Shown here one piece after another: positions 12,785 to 26,700 of a stretch of DNA of 64,000 nt (positions are counted from its first letter, which is position 1; every line of letters starts with the position of its first letter). The position numbers were made by a program, and so were the translations under genes. The stretch comes from Octopus vulgaris (Eukaryota): NCBI GenBank assembly GCA_951406725.2, contig OX597843.1, positions 10,974,001 to 11,038,000 of the forward strand, in the 5' to 3' direction. The notes under the pieces were generated by a model, which was not told the DNA's origin, ran no database searches, and was given only the letters and a program-made list of their open reading frames with translations.

Positions 12785-13260
12785 TACGACAAGCTTCTTT
12801 CAGTTTCCGTCTGCGAAATCCACTCACAAGGCTTTGGTAGGCCCAAAGCTATAGTAGAAGACACTTGCCCAAGGTGCTACACAGTGGGACTGAACCCGGA
12901 ACCATGTGGTTGGTAAGCAAGCTACTTACCACAGAGCCACTCCTCCACCTATATATACATATATACAACAGGCTTCTTTCAGTTTCCGTCTACCAAATCC
13001 ACTCACAAGGCTTTGGTAGGCCCAAAGCTATAGTAGAAGACACTTGCCCAAGGTGCTACACAGTGGGACTGAACCCGGAACCATGTGGTTGGTAAACAAG
13101 CTACTTACCACAGAGCCACTCCTGCACCTATACAACAGGCTTCTTTCAGTTTCCATCTACCAAATCCACTCACAAGTGCCAAGGTGCCACACAGTTGGAC
13201 TGAACCCGGAACCATGTGGTTGGTTAGCAAGCTACTTACCACACAGCCACTCCTGCACCT
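12785..13260 (-). mobile_element. Three tandem SINE family A heads
   Basis: Repeated ...gaacccggaaccatgtggttggt units. Confidence 0.85.
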
Positions 13261-13455
13261 ATATATATATATATTTATATATATATATAAAGTGTTTGTT
13301 GCCAATTTAAAGTAGCAGTTCCAGGAAAGGGAAGAACGCTACTGCTATTTAGCCCCAGGAAACATCGTTTCCCATTAGCTACGTGACACAAGCGTACTGT
13401 GTCTTTAGGTCTTCAAACAGGGGAGATAAGCACCTCCACCCAGCAAAGCCACCAC

Positions 13456-13496
13456 CCAGAGACTAGTTTCAGAGTCATTACTCTTCGTCAGTCTGG
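13456..13496 (-). ncRNA. Minimal type I hammerhead ribozyme, canonical core
   Basis: Minus strand: CCAGA-CUGACGA-AGAGU(aaug)ACUCU-GAAAC-UA-GUC-UCUGG; stems I and II are perfectly paired; GUC triplet. Confidence 0.85.
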
Positions 13497-14356
13497 AGCA
13501 GCTTGGTTTGCTAGCTGCCGATGCTTATTCACATTTGAAAAACTATAGAATTTTAAATGAAATAAATTCAGTGATCTACAAATTTAGAAATATTGCGTAT
13601 CTAAATGTCTCAGAGAGATCTATATAGGACTGAATGATGATGATGATACATGCAAAGGGCTTCTTTCAGATTCCGTTAACAAAATCCATACAACAACAAT
13701 GGCAATAATGAAGACCACAACAAACAACAATAACAACAATGGCGCCATTGTCACCACCAACACCCATGGCACCACCAACACCAACAGCACCGACGGCACC
13801 ACAGCATCAATGGCACCACTAACACCAATGGCACCACAACACCAACAGCACCACAAGACCACCACCACCACTACCAACACCAAACAAAGCCTCGTCTCAC
13901 ATTCTGTACATTACAGAAAGTTATTAATTTGAACAACCAGGGTGTTGTGTTGACTGCTCAGCCACCCACATATACCCTGAAAGCACTTATAAATCATGTA
14001 TGGTGGGTGGAATGGTAGAAGATTAGAGGATGTCTGAGGGTATGCGATGTGGGTTTGAGTAATAAATCTGGGTGTGGATGAGAGATAGTTTTAGGTTTGT
14101 GGTTTAGTTTAGCCATCATGCCTCCGGCCATGGTGAAGCATCAGTTTGTACAAAGTAGGTCTTTTAGAGATAAGAGATGTAGGGTAATGAGATACGCAGA
14201 TAAGGGGTACATTAATGGATAAATTATGACATGAAATAGATATATACATATACATACATACATACATACATACATACACACACATATATATATATATATC
14301 ATCATCATCATATATATACATACATACATATATATATATATACATACATATATATA

Positions 14357-14392
<36 letters not shown>

Positions 14393-14416
14393 TGTACATC
14401 ACACCTAATACTCTAT

Positions 14417-14449
<33 letters not shown>

Positions 14450-15000
14450 TAGATAGATAGATACTTAGACAGATAGATAGATATACATCCATATATGTAC
14501 ATACATGCACACATACACATACATAAATACTAACACACACACACACATATATACACACATAAGTAAAAACATTATAATACATAAATATATACATTACATA
14601 TATACATTGTTTAATAATTAGAATTTTAACCAATGGTATTCGGTCTTTCGGTTTCATATTATTTACTATATATGTACATATGTATGTATGTATTGTATAT
14701 GTTTGTAAGTAAGTATGCATGTACGTGTATATGTAAATGTCGATATGTATATATCCACATATATATAGTTGTATATGTATGTATAAAGCAGAATCAAAAA
14801 TAAGGAAGGCATATACAATGTGTTACAAAGACAAAAGTATTGGTTGAATCACGAGTATACATCAATATTGTACATCAAGTGGTCAAGCATGATCTTTGAA
14901 CTCTGGGCCTCACAGAGGCAATGACTAGTGACCGAGACTTTTGGCAATGTGCTGTGCTTGAGAAGACCTGTCAAGCCAAGGGATATTGTAGATGTTTAGT

Positions 15001-15600
15001 GGAGGCGCAATAGCCCAGTGGTTAGGGCAGCGGACTCGCGGTCATAGGACTGTGGTTTCGATTCCCAGACTGGGCGTTGTGAGTGTTTATTGAGCGAAAA
15101 CACCTAAAGCTCCACGAGGCTCCGGCAGGGGATGGTGGTGGTCCCTGCTGTACTCTTTCACCACAACTTTCTCTCACTTTTACTTCCTGTTTCTGTTGTA
15201 CCTGTATTTCAAAGGGTGGAGGCGCAATGGCCCAGTGGTTAGGGCAGCGAACTCGTGGTCATAGGATCGCGGTTTCGATTCCCAGACCGGGCGTTGTGAG
15301 TGTTTATTGAGCGAAAACACCTAAAGCTCCACGAGGCTCTGGCAGGGGATGGTGGTGATCCCTGCTGTACTCTTTCACCACAACTTTCTCTCACTCTTAC
15401 TTCGTGTTTCTGTTATACCTGTATTTCAAAGGGCCGGCCTTGTCACTCTCTGTGTCACGCTGAATATCCCCGAGAACTGCGTTAAGGGTACACATGTCTG
15501 TGGAGTGCTCAGTCACTTACACGTTAACTTCACGAGCAGGCTGTTCCGTTGATTTGGATCAACCGGAACCCTCGTTGTCGTAACCGACGGAGTGCTTCCA
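15001..15600 (+). mobile_element. tRNA(Arg)-like SINE family B (OR-type) with duplicated 5' half
   Basis: Head ggaggcgcaatggcccagtggttagggcagcggactcgcggtc...ggtttcgattcc occurs at 15001 and about 15218; flanked by attgtagatgt. Confidence 0.85.
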
Positions 15601-15614
15601 TCCATTGTAGATGT

Positions 15615-15918
15615 TTGTTTGTTCCTTTTTGAGCCATGCCTGGCTCATAAGGGCCAGTTTCCTGGTTTCCTTGGCGTATAGGTTCCCCACATGGATGGAA
15701 CGCTGGTCCATCGCAGGTGAGCTGCAAGATGCAGGAGGAAAGAGTGAGAGAAAGTTGTGGCGAAAGAGTCAGCAGAAGTTTGCCATTACCTTCTTCCGGA
15801 GTCGCGTGGAGCTTAGATACTTCGCTCATAAACATACACATCACCCTGTCTGAGATTTGAACCCGCAGTCCCTTGACCGTTAGTCCGCTGCTCTAACCAC
15901 AAGGCCATGTGTCTCCAC
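15615..15918 (-). mobile_element. Family B-related SINE with a different tail
   Basis: Minus strand head ggagacacatggccttgtggttagagcagcggac; shares the ccacaactttctctcactct core. Confidence 0.75.
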
Positions 15919-16706
15919 TATTGTAGATGTGGTCAATGCTGGTGTTATGTAACTGGTACCTGTGCTGGTTGCATGTAAAAGGCATCCTTTGCATGTTGGG
16001 TCTCACGAAGGCCATGACAAATGACTGGGGCCTTTGGCAATATGCTGTGTATGAGGAGACCCATGAAGCCAAGGGACATTCTAGTTGTGGCCAATGCTGG
16101 TGTTATGTAACTGGTACCTGTGCTGGTGGCATGTAACAAGCATCCTTTGAACGTTGGGTCTCACGAAGGCCATGACAAATGACTAAGGCCTTTGGCAATA
16201 TGCTGTGCTTGAGAAGACCTGTGAAGCCAAGCGAAATCATAGCCATGGCTAAAACTGGTGTTATGTAACTGGTACCTGTGCTGGTGGTACATAAAAAGCA
16301 GCTTTTGAGTGGTAGACTTCACAGATGCAAAGTCACCGATGCTGGTGGCACATGAAAAGCTCCTTTCAAGTGTTGGGCCTCACAGAGGCAATGATGAATG
16401 ACCAATACCTTTGGCATTATGTTGTGCCTGAGAAGACCCATCAAGCCGAGTAGAATTGCAGTCATGGCAGATACTGGTGTCACACAAATGCACAAATGGC
16501 ACTCATGCTAGTGGCACATAAAAGCATGCATTACACTCTCAGAGTGGTTGGCATGTTAGGAAGGGCATCCAGCCATAGAAACTGTGCCAAATCAGACAGG
16601 AGTCTGGTACAGCCTTCCAGCTTGCCAACCCTGGTCAAACTGTCAAACCCATACAAGTAGGGACAATGGACGTTAAATGATGATGATGATGATGATGATG
16701 ATGATG
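15919..16706 (+). mobile_element. Family D element (RTE-associated SINE-like) with about 160-bp internal tandem units and a (GAT)n tail; its 5' part lies at 14880-14995
   Basis: Repeated gctggtgttatgtaactggtacctgtgctgg units, then ggaagggcatccagc...ggacgttaaatgatgatg. Confidence 0.7.
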
Positions 16707-17360
16707 TAACAAAAGACATCCAAAAACTATAATTAGAGAAAGGCTACTCAATTGATTGGCAATAAATAATTAACGGGTACTTTCCTGTTTACCTGTCCAC
16801 AGGTATGCTATCTCTTCTGTCTTTTCTATCACTAATACCATGATTTTTGTTATTCTGAGCTGCCTGCTCTCATGTCTAGATCGACCCACTCACTTGATCT
16901 GTGTTTGTTTGCTGAAACGAAAACCCAATTGTTCCTGGAAGGTGTTTACACTAAGCCATTTATCCCAGAAACACACAAAAACCCATTAGATTCACACTTA
17001 CCCCCACTATCCTGTCCAGTTATCCAGAACTATCATCCCCCTATATATGTTTCTCAACTGCTCACATGGAACATTGTACAGCGTGTTCAGCCTGCAGCAC
17101 TGCTGGGATGACCTCACACGGTCATGAGTGCTGCCCTTCACTCCTGACACAGGAATTGAAAATGGTGCATCTAAATTAAGTACCATATTCATTTGAATCT
17201 AAATTGTTGCTGGACTTATATATATATATATATATATATATATTGCATGTGTATGTATATAAAAATATATATATATATATATAAATATATATATATTGCA
17301 TGTGTATGTATATAAAAATATATATATATATATATAAAGAATGTAAGCATATATAAGGTA

Positions 17361-17766
17361 TACTCTTACTCTTTTACTCTTTTACTTGTTTCAGTCATTT
17401 GACTGTGGCCATGCTGGAGCACCGCCTTTAGTCGAGCAAATCGACCCCGGGACTTATTCTTTGTAAGCCTAGTACTTATTCTATTGGTCTCTTTTGCCGA
17501 ACCGCTAAGTGACGGGGACGTAAACACACCAGCATCGGTTGTCAAGCAATGCTAGGGGGACAAACACAGACATACATACACATATATATATATACATATA
17601 TACGGCAGGCTTCTTTCAGTTTCCGTCTACCAAATCCACTCACAAGGCATTGGTCGGCCCAGGGCTATAGCAGAAGACACTTGCCCAAGATGCCACGCAG
17701 TGGGACTGAACCCAGAACCATGTGGTTGGTTAGCAAGCTACTTACCACACAGCCACTCCTGCGCCT
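17361..17766 (-). mobile_element. SINE family A
   Basis: Full-length reverse copy. Confidence 0.85.
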
Positions 17767-18178
17767 ATGTTTATATGAAAAGATTAATGATTTTTTTAAG
17801 GAACTATTTCTTCAGGTGTCAATCATAAAGACATTACTCAGGGGTCTTTGAGTTTACTTGCTGATTCTGGTCTTTCTTCTAAGAAAGGGCTGTGGCATTC
17901 TCATCTCTGGTATTCTTTTCACCTATTTCCCTGAGTGTATAGGTGGAGTGTGGGTAAGGGGGTGGTTCGGAATTTAGGGTAGAGTTGCACGGGGGGGGGG
18001 GGTGATGGGAGAAAGGGGGGGGTACACTGGAGATGAAGTGTGGCATTTATCAGTGTGAATGGGGTGTGGGTGGCATGGGTTAGTGTGGGATGAGTATGTT
18101 GAAGGAATTACTGCCTCAGCAATAAATAACGAAGTGAAGGCTAAAATCCCCAGAATAATAATAATAATAATAATAATG

Positions 18179-18221
<43 letters not shown>

Positions 18222-18223
<2 letters not shown>

Positions 18224-18890
18224 TGCAGAATATGTGGAGATGGACAAGAAACAACAAATCATATTATCTCTGGCTGCCCAGTCCTGGCTAAGAAGGAATA
18301 TATTCACAGACATGATAGAGTTGGAACCTACATACACTGGAAGCTATGCCAACATTATGGAATAACAACAGAAAAAAGATGGTATAGGCACACACCAGAA
18401 AAGGTCACAGAAAACGAGAAAGCAAACATACTCTGGGATATGCCAATACACACAGATAGAGAAATTAAGGCCAACAGACCAGATATAGTTGTCAGAGATC
18501 ATGAAGAAAAAAATGCTTTCTAATTGATGTATCAATACCGGCAGATGACAACGTGTCTCTAAAAGAAATGGAGAAACTTTCAAAATACAAAGACCTGGAA
18601 ATGGAGGTAACCAGAATGTGGAATCTAAGAACAGAAACAATTCCTATCATAGTAGGTGCATTAGGCATGATAAAAAAATATTCAGACAAATACATAACAA
18701 AAACACCAGGACTTACAAACACATATAACATACAGAAAATTGCACTACTAGGCACTGCACACATCCTACGCAGAACACTTTCCATACAATAACCATCAGA
18801 GCATCACAACAAATTACATCACATACCCAAGGCACACAGAGCTGCGCTCGGTAGTGAAGTGAAAGCACGCTATAAAAAATAAAACTACTG
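18222..18890 (+). mobile_element. 5'-truncated R4/Dong-clade non-LTR retrotransposon (CCHC knuckle, restriction-like endonuclease, 3' UTR)
   Basis: CRIC...ETTNHIISGC, RHD, LWD, NRPDIVV...LIDVSIP...KLSKY, IPIIVGALG; one frameshift in the A7 run at 18507-18513; (TAA)n on both sides. Confidence 0.9.
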
Positions 18891-19147
18891 AATAATAATA
18901 ATAATTACGGTGATGTACTTGCATAGCAAGTGACCTGATCTGAGATCGTGTGCTAAAACAAAATTTGGAGGGAGAGGACTAGTCAATTACATCGACCCCA
19001 GTGCATAACTGGTACTTAATTTATCGACCTCCAAAGGATGAAAGGCAAAGTCGACCTCGGCAGAATTTGAACTCAGAACGTAGCGATGGGCAAAATACTG
19101 CTAATCATTTCGTCCACCATGCCAATGATTCTGCCTTAATAATAATA

Positions 19148-19185
<38 letters not shown>

Positions 19186-19399
19186 AATAATAATAGTGAT
19201 AATGATAATGATTATAATAATAATAATAATGATAATAATAATAATAATCAATAATAATAATAACAATAATCAATAATAGCAATAATAATAATAATAATAA
19301 TGATAATAATAATAATAATATTAATAATAATAACAATAACAATAATAATAATAATAATAATAATGATAATGCAGATGATGATGATGATGATATCAAACT

Positions 19400-19568
19400 T
19401 TATGGTAAAGATGAATCCCAATTACCTTCGCCCATATAATACAATAAATGAGTTAATTGCATTGCAATTCTTAACATTTATGTATTAACTTTGTTGGGTG
19501 ATTTACTGGCAGTATATTGGATATATGTTATCCCATGGAGGGTTGCATTTACAACTCCTATCTCAATT

Positions 19569-19572
<4 letters not shown>
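19400..19572. repeat. Dispersed repeat of about 170 bp ending in (TA)n; second copy at about 57545-57712
   Basis: Shared ccatataatacaataaatga...tcccatggagggttgca...tatctcaatttgt. Confidence 0.75.
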
Positions 19573-19600
<28 letters not shown>

Positions 19601-19604
<4 letters not shown>

Positions 19605-19960
19605 ATCGTGGCCGTTTGCCAGCCTCATCTGGCACCTGTGTCGGTGGCACATAAAAACACCATCCGAGCGTGGCCGTCTGCCAGCCTCGTCTGGCACCTG
19701 TGTCGGTGGCACGTAAAAAAACACCATCCGAGCGTGGCCGTTTGCCAGCCTCGTCTGGCACCTGTGTCGGTGACACATAAAATCACCCACTACACTCTCG
19801 GAGTGGTTGGCGTTAGGAAGGGCATCCAGCTGTAGAAACACTGCCAGATCTGACTGGACTAGTGCAGCCTTCGGGCTCCCCAGACCCCAGTTGAACCGTC
19901 CAACCCATGCTAGCATGGAAAGCGGACGTTAAATGATGATGATGATGATGATGATGATGA
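19601..19960 (+). mobile_element. Family D element with three tandem units of about 62 bp and a (GAT)n tail
   Basis: tccga(g/t)cgtggccgt..gccagcctc.tctggcacctgtgtcggtg x3, then the family D tail. Confidence 0.8.
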
Positions 19961-20182
19961 TATACCGGAGTAAACACATAAATGTGAAAAACAAGGTGGT
20001 AAAAAGAGTATTCAAATACCAGTGGTAGAGTAATATACTTTATTTAAAAGCAGTAGAAAATTCAACAAAACCTGTTACTCTGAGTTTTACGTTCCCGTTC
20101 GTTGGACAGTTTATACAATGAATATTACAAGCTACATTTTATAATAGGGCAATGACACATGTATGGATGTATGTATGTCTAA

Positions 20183-20220
<38 letters not shown>

Positions 20221-20555
20221 ACATCCATCAATCCCTCTCTCTCACACATTCTCAGTATCTATATCTGTATGTAGGAAGCAAGAGAGAAGAGAGAAAAGGA
20301 AGAGATGGAAAAAGAGAGAAAGGGGTGGTTAAGCTAAAAGGACACGCCCCTCCTACTTTAAGCAAATACTGGTCCATTGGTGTATATAAGACTTTGTACT
20401 GAGATGAACTTTTATACCATTTCATATCTTCTTTAACACGTGTAAATGTAACTGTATACACACGCATATATATACATATATACATATATATACATACACA
20501 TAAATATATATATCTAATGTATGTATATATATATGCATGGTATGTATTCATACAT

Positions 20556-20611
<56 letters not shown>

Positions 20612-20742
20612 ATATATACGTATGTATATACGTATATATATATATATATATATATATTTATACATATACATATATGTACATGCACATATATTTGTACATG
20701 TTTTAATTTCCAGATGAATTAAAATGTAGGTGTTGTACATGT

Positions 20743-20778
<36 letters not shown>

Positions 20779-20979
20779 ATGCATGTATGTATGTATGTAT
20801 GTATATATATATATTTCCTCTATTTACATAATATTGAGGTCTCTTTCTTTTGTTATCTTACCATTTTTACCAATATATATATAAACATATATATATATAT
20901 ATATGTATGTATGTATGTATATATATATACATATATGCATATGTATATGTGTGTATATATATATGTATATATATATATA

Positions 20980-21228
20980 TGAAGGCATGTGCCTTAGTGG
21001 TTAGGATATTTGACTCATGACCACTAGAGTTTGAGTTTGATTCAGGTGGTGCATTGTGTCCTTGAGCAAGACACTTTATTTCACATTGCTCCAGTCCACT
21101 CAGCTGGCAAGAATGAGTCGTACCTGTATTCCAAAGGGTCAGCCTTGTCACATTCTGTGCCACATTGAATCTCCCTGAGAACTCCATTAAGGGTACACGT
21201 GTCTGTGGAGTGCTCATCCACTTGCATG

Positions 21229-21232
<4 letters not shown>
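20980..21232 (+). mobile_element. Diverged tRNA-SINE (family B-related)
   Basis: ccttagtggttagg head, ccttgagcaagacacttt core and family B tail; a similar fragment lies at 33050-33305. Confidence 0.65.
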
Positions 21233-21263
<31 letters not shown>

Positions 21264-21326
21264 GTATGATAGATCGCTAGCCACTACACATTCTTTATTT
21301 TCTCTCCTTGTTTCTTTTCTGTGTCC

Positions 21327-21362
21327 CTTTCTGTCGAAGAGCGTAGGCTCGAAACATAAAAG
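21327..21362 (+). ncRNA. Hammerhead-like motif, same module as 10395
   Basis: cttt-CUGUCGA-a-GAGC(guag)GCUC-GAAAC-AUA-aaag. Confidence 0.5.
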
Positions 21363-21448
21363 ACTTTTTCTATTCCCGAGCATTATACTAATACATGTTT
21401 GTTTTCTACACCACCTGTCATCGTCCTTTGTTTTTTGTGAATTCTCCC

Positions 21449-21479
<31 letters not shown>

Positions 21480-21498
21480 AAATATATATATATATATA

Positions 21499-21918
21499 TC
21501 TATATTATATAAAATCTGTTCTGTCTGTCTCTTTGTGTGTCTTCTAGGATCTCGGACATCCTCCATCCAATTGCGCTCAAATTTGATATGTAGATACCGA
21601 CATTATGATGCCCACCCCCAATAGGGGCCTTAACTCTCACATTTAAGAGCTCCATGAACTTCATTTTCCAGGAGCAAAATCTTTTTAACAGGTTCAGTAA
21701 GACTGGAATTTTGGAAAATGCGCATAAAAATCAGTAGTATAGGATACATGTCACATGATTACAATTTTTGTGGGGTGAGTAAAGATGGAAATAACCCTCA
21801 TCTGCAATGTTGATGAAATTCGAAACATAGGTATTCCAGTTCATTGGAAAAAAATATAACAGAAAAGTCTAATTCTTCAAGTGTATGTAACACAGGCAAC
21901 GCCAGGTATCTCTGCTAG
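21499..21918 (+). mobile_element. Non-autonomous Helitron-like element
   Basis: 5' TC (tctatattatataaaa) followed by a ctgt microsatellite; 3' caggcaacgccaggtatctctgCTAG|T. Confidence 0.65.
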
Positions 21919-21923
21919 TGTAA

Positions 21924-22043
<120 letters not shown>

Positions 22044-22243
22044 GTATATATACATATATATATATATATATATAAACAAGAAGGGTAGTAATATTATTTA
22101 CTACCAGGTGCCCAGCACAAAAGACGAATTAGTCATAAGACAGAAATATTATTCATATAGAAAAATATTATTCATGTAGTTATACAATTAAGGGCTCCTA
22201 AATAAAGATGCCGAGTGCTGGGAACACAAAAAGGGGATGAATT

Positions 22244-22745
22244 TATGACTGCAGCCATGCTGGAGCACTGCCTTTAGTCGAGCAAATTGACCCCAGGACT
22301 TATTGTATCCTTCTCTTTTGCCAAACTGCTAAGTTACGGGAACGTGAACACACCAACATCAGTTTTTAAGTGATTGTGGGGGAGAACAAACACAGACACA
22401 CAAATACACATATACGACAGGCTTCTTTCAGTTTCCATCTACCAAATCTACTTACAAGGCTTTGATTGGCCTGAGGCTATAGTAGAAGACACTTGCCCAA
22501 GATGCTTTGCAGTGGGACTGAACCCTGAACCGTGTGACTGTTAAGCAAGCTACTAACCACACTCCTGCACCTGTGGCAGGTAAAAGCACCCACTACACTC
22601 TCAGAGTGGTTGGCATTAGGAAGGACATCCAGCTGTAGAAACTCTGCCAGATCAGATTAGAGTCTGGTGCAGCCATCTGGTTCGCCAGCCCTCAAAATCG
22701 TCCAACAGACGTTAAAGGACGATGATGATGATGATGATGATGATG
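22244..22745. mobile_element. Reverse SINE family A abutting a forward family D tail
   Basis: Family A on minus at 22244-22572; family D on plus at 22580-22745, ending in (GAT)n. Confidence 0.75.
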
Positions 22746-23184
22746 GAGATGATACATTACGAATTTCTTCATTGCCCACCGGGGGCCAAACATAGATATG
22801 GACAGTACAACTGATGGGATCAGTGAATCGATATGATTTTACATAAATGTGACTTCAAAAATAAAATACAATACATGAAAATCGAATGGAATACACAGTA
22901 CAAAAACAATACAAATGAAGCGATGATCAAGTTACGCTCCAATCCCACAAGCCCCGATCTACCGCTGATACATTTTTATTTTTCCTTTTTTTTTTTCTCG
23001 TCTATTCACACGGTTCCTTGCACGCACAACACTCGTGCAACATACTTCCATCTCTTTTGGAACGTACACTCTGACAGACACCTCTTCTCCAGCCACAGTT
23101 TCCTTTTCAAATGAAAAGAAAAAAAGGATCGTATATTATGACCAGAGATAAAGTTGCCTGTCTTAATTCCTTTTATGATACATT

Positions 23185-23380
23185 ACGTTGATGTACTTGC
23201 ATAGCAAGTGACCTCATCTGAAATTGTGTGCTGGAACGAAAACAATTGCAGCGTGGAAGGTGTTTGTAAGCCATTTAAGAAACACACAAAAACCGTTAGA
23301 TTCACTTCAACATTTAAGTTTAATTTGTCAAAATATTTTCGTCGCTTTGAGACTGCGACCTGTTCACTGACAAAAATCCG
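23185..23380 (-). mobile_element. Penelope-like short module with a decayed hammerhead (23324-23374)
   Basis: Minus strand: tttgtca-GUGAACAG-GUCGC...GCGAC-GAAA-auauu-uugacaaa; related fragments at about 16890-17000 and 18905-18965. Confidence 0.5.
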
Positions 23381-23499
23381 TGCAGCATCTACATATATAG
23401 ATATATGCATACACACACGAATATATATATCCACATCCATGCACACAATTATTTATGCATGTACAAAAATATCTGCGTATGTGCAGGCATATATATATG

Positions 23500-24015
23500 T
23501 GGAGGCGCAATGGCCCAGTGGTTAGGGCTATGGACTCATAGTCATAGGCTCATAGTTTCAATTCCCAGACCGGGCGTTGGGGGTGTTTATTGAGCGAAAA
23601 CACCTAAAGCTCCACGAGGTTCAAGCAGGGATTGGTGGCGAACCCTGCTGTATTCTGTCACCACAACTTTCTCTCACTCTTTTTTCCTCAGGTTTGTTGT
23701 ACCTGTATTTCAAAGGGTCAGCCTTGTCACGCTCTGTTTGAAGCTGAATCTCCCCGAGAACTATGTTAAGGGCACATGTGTCTGTGGAGTGCTCAGCCAC
23801 TTTCTCTCACTCTTTTTTCCTCAGGTTTGTTGTACCTGCATTTTAAAGGGGCCAGCCTTGTCACGCTCTGTTTGAAGCTGAATCTCCCCGAGAACTATGT
23901 TAAGGGTACACGTGTCTGGGGAGTACTCAGCCACTTGCACATTGATTTCACGAGCAGGCTGTTCCACTGATCGTATTAGTTGGGACCCTTGTCGTCGTAA
24001 CCGATGGAGATCCAC
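23500..24015 (+). mobile_element. SINE family B with an internal duplication of about 135 bp
   Basis: Family B head; actttctctcactct...gagaactatgttaagg occurs twice. Confidence 0.85.
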
Positions 24016-24360
24016 AATATATATATATATTTGTGTGTGTGTGTGTGTGTGTGTATGTGTGTGTATTGACAAATATAAACAGATATAAATATATTTACAT
24101 ATAAATATATATGTATGTACTTATAAATACACACATGCGTACGTACATATATATATATATATACATACATATATATGCATGTGCGTATTTATAAATACAC
24201 ATGCATGTATATACATAACATATGTACATACACATACAGCACACACACATATGCACAAATATATTTACACACACACACACACACATACACGTATATATAT
24301 ACACAGTCATGAATATCAAATTATACATGCACACATGCTACAATGCAGATACGCACAAAA

Positions 24361-25115
<755 letters not shown>

Positions 25116-25537
25116 ATACCCCCCCCCCCCGGCTTTCATCCAACAATATTTTAACAGCTGTTTTATGTCTGTTTACATGCCTATTCCGTGTGTCTGTCTG
25201 TTTGTCAATCTGTCTGTCTGCCTGTCTATTTATGTTCCTCCTGTATCCCTGGTGGTCTGTGAGTTCTCGCCGACTGCCTCTGTGTGTGCGCGCGTGTATG
25301 TGTGTGTGTGTGTATGTATGTGTGTGTGTGTGTGTGTATGTGTGTGTAGCACCCACCCTTATATAAGCCGGACATGATCATACAGGAAATGGAAAGACTC
25401 TGAATGCCCTATACTCTCTCTCTCTCCTTTTCTCTCTCTCTTTCCCTCTCCTTTTCTCTCTCTCTCTCTTTCTTTAACTTTACTTTCTTAGTGTGAGCAT
25501 GCATGTGTGTGTGTGTGTATATGTTCATCTTTTAATG

Positions 25538-25569
<32 letters not shown>

Positions 25570-25875
25570 ACAGACTTATGCACACATATATTTACACACA
25601 CAGACACAGACACACACTCATATATAGATACATATATAAACATCTATACTTATATATAAATACACATATATATATTTATATTCATATACATACATATATA
25701 TATATATACACATACATATATATATATACGCATACATAGATGTAAACATATAATCATACATATAAATATACACATTTATATACATATATGCCTATATATA
25801 AATGCATGCATACTTTTGCATACATATAAATATATACATACATATATATATATATCTGTATATATATATGTATGT

Positions 25876-25909
<34 letters not shown>

Positions 25910-25919
25910 ATAAATATAT

Positions 25920-25970
<51 letters not shown>

Positions 25971-26355
25971 CATAATATATATATACACACACACACACAC
26001 ATATATATACTGACACACATACACATGCTCAAATATACACACATGACGCATGCACATTTAAGCATATCCATGCATATATACATCTATAAAATATAGACAG
26101 ACAGTTTGCGAGACATCACGCCACTCGTCTCACCAAGCAGAAGTGAATACAAAAATATATAAATTTAGCAAAGAACTGCTGCTAAATTTCCAGATTTCTA
26201 GACTTCCTTTAGTAAAATATGTTTTAAATGATTTGATGCCTTCATACAAATGCCTGTTCTTTTTTTAATTTCATTATCTCTGTATTATCTTTAAGACGGT
26301 GGAGGCACATGGCATAGTGGTTAGATGGGTAGATAGATAGACAGACAGACCGATG

Positions 26356-26386
<31 letters not shown>

Positions 26387-26388
<2 letters not shown>

Positions 26389-26656
26389 GCGCAGGAGTGG
26401 CTGTGTGGGTAGCTTGTTTACCAACCACATGGTTCCGGGTTCAGTCCCACTGCGTGGCACCTTGGGCAAGTGTCTTCTACTATAGCCCCAGGCCGACCAA
26501 GTAGCTTGTCTTACCAGCTTGTTTACCACAAGGTTCCGGGTTCAGTCCCACTGCGTGGCACCTTGGGCAAGTGTCTTCTACCATAGCCTCGGGCCGACCA
26601 AAGCCTTGTGAGTGGATTTGGTAGATGGAAACTGAAAGAAGCCCGTCATATATATG

Positions 26657-26700
<44 letters not shown>

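Noticed and set aside
17007-17192. 61-aa minus ORF near a gtaagt donor
   Set aside because: Its stop precedes the donor, and the donor lies at the edge of a decayed repeat.
17549-17851. Recurrent ORFs '...[34 protein letters not shown]'
   Set aside because: Antisense translation of SINE family A, not a gene family.
17840-17930. Possible minus-strand exon
   Set aside because: Several acceptors and frames are equally plausible; none can be supported.
26161-26189. 10-bp hairpin aaatttagca/tgctaaattt
   Set aside because: AT-rich and short; plausible by chance in 64 kb.
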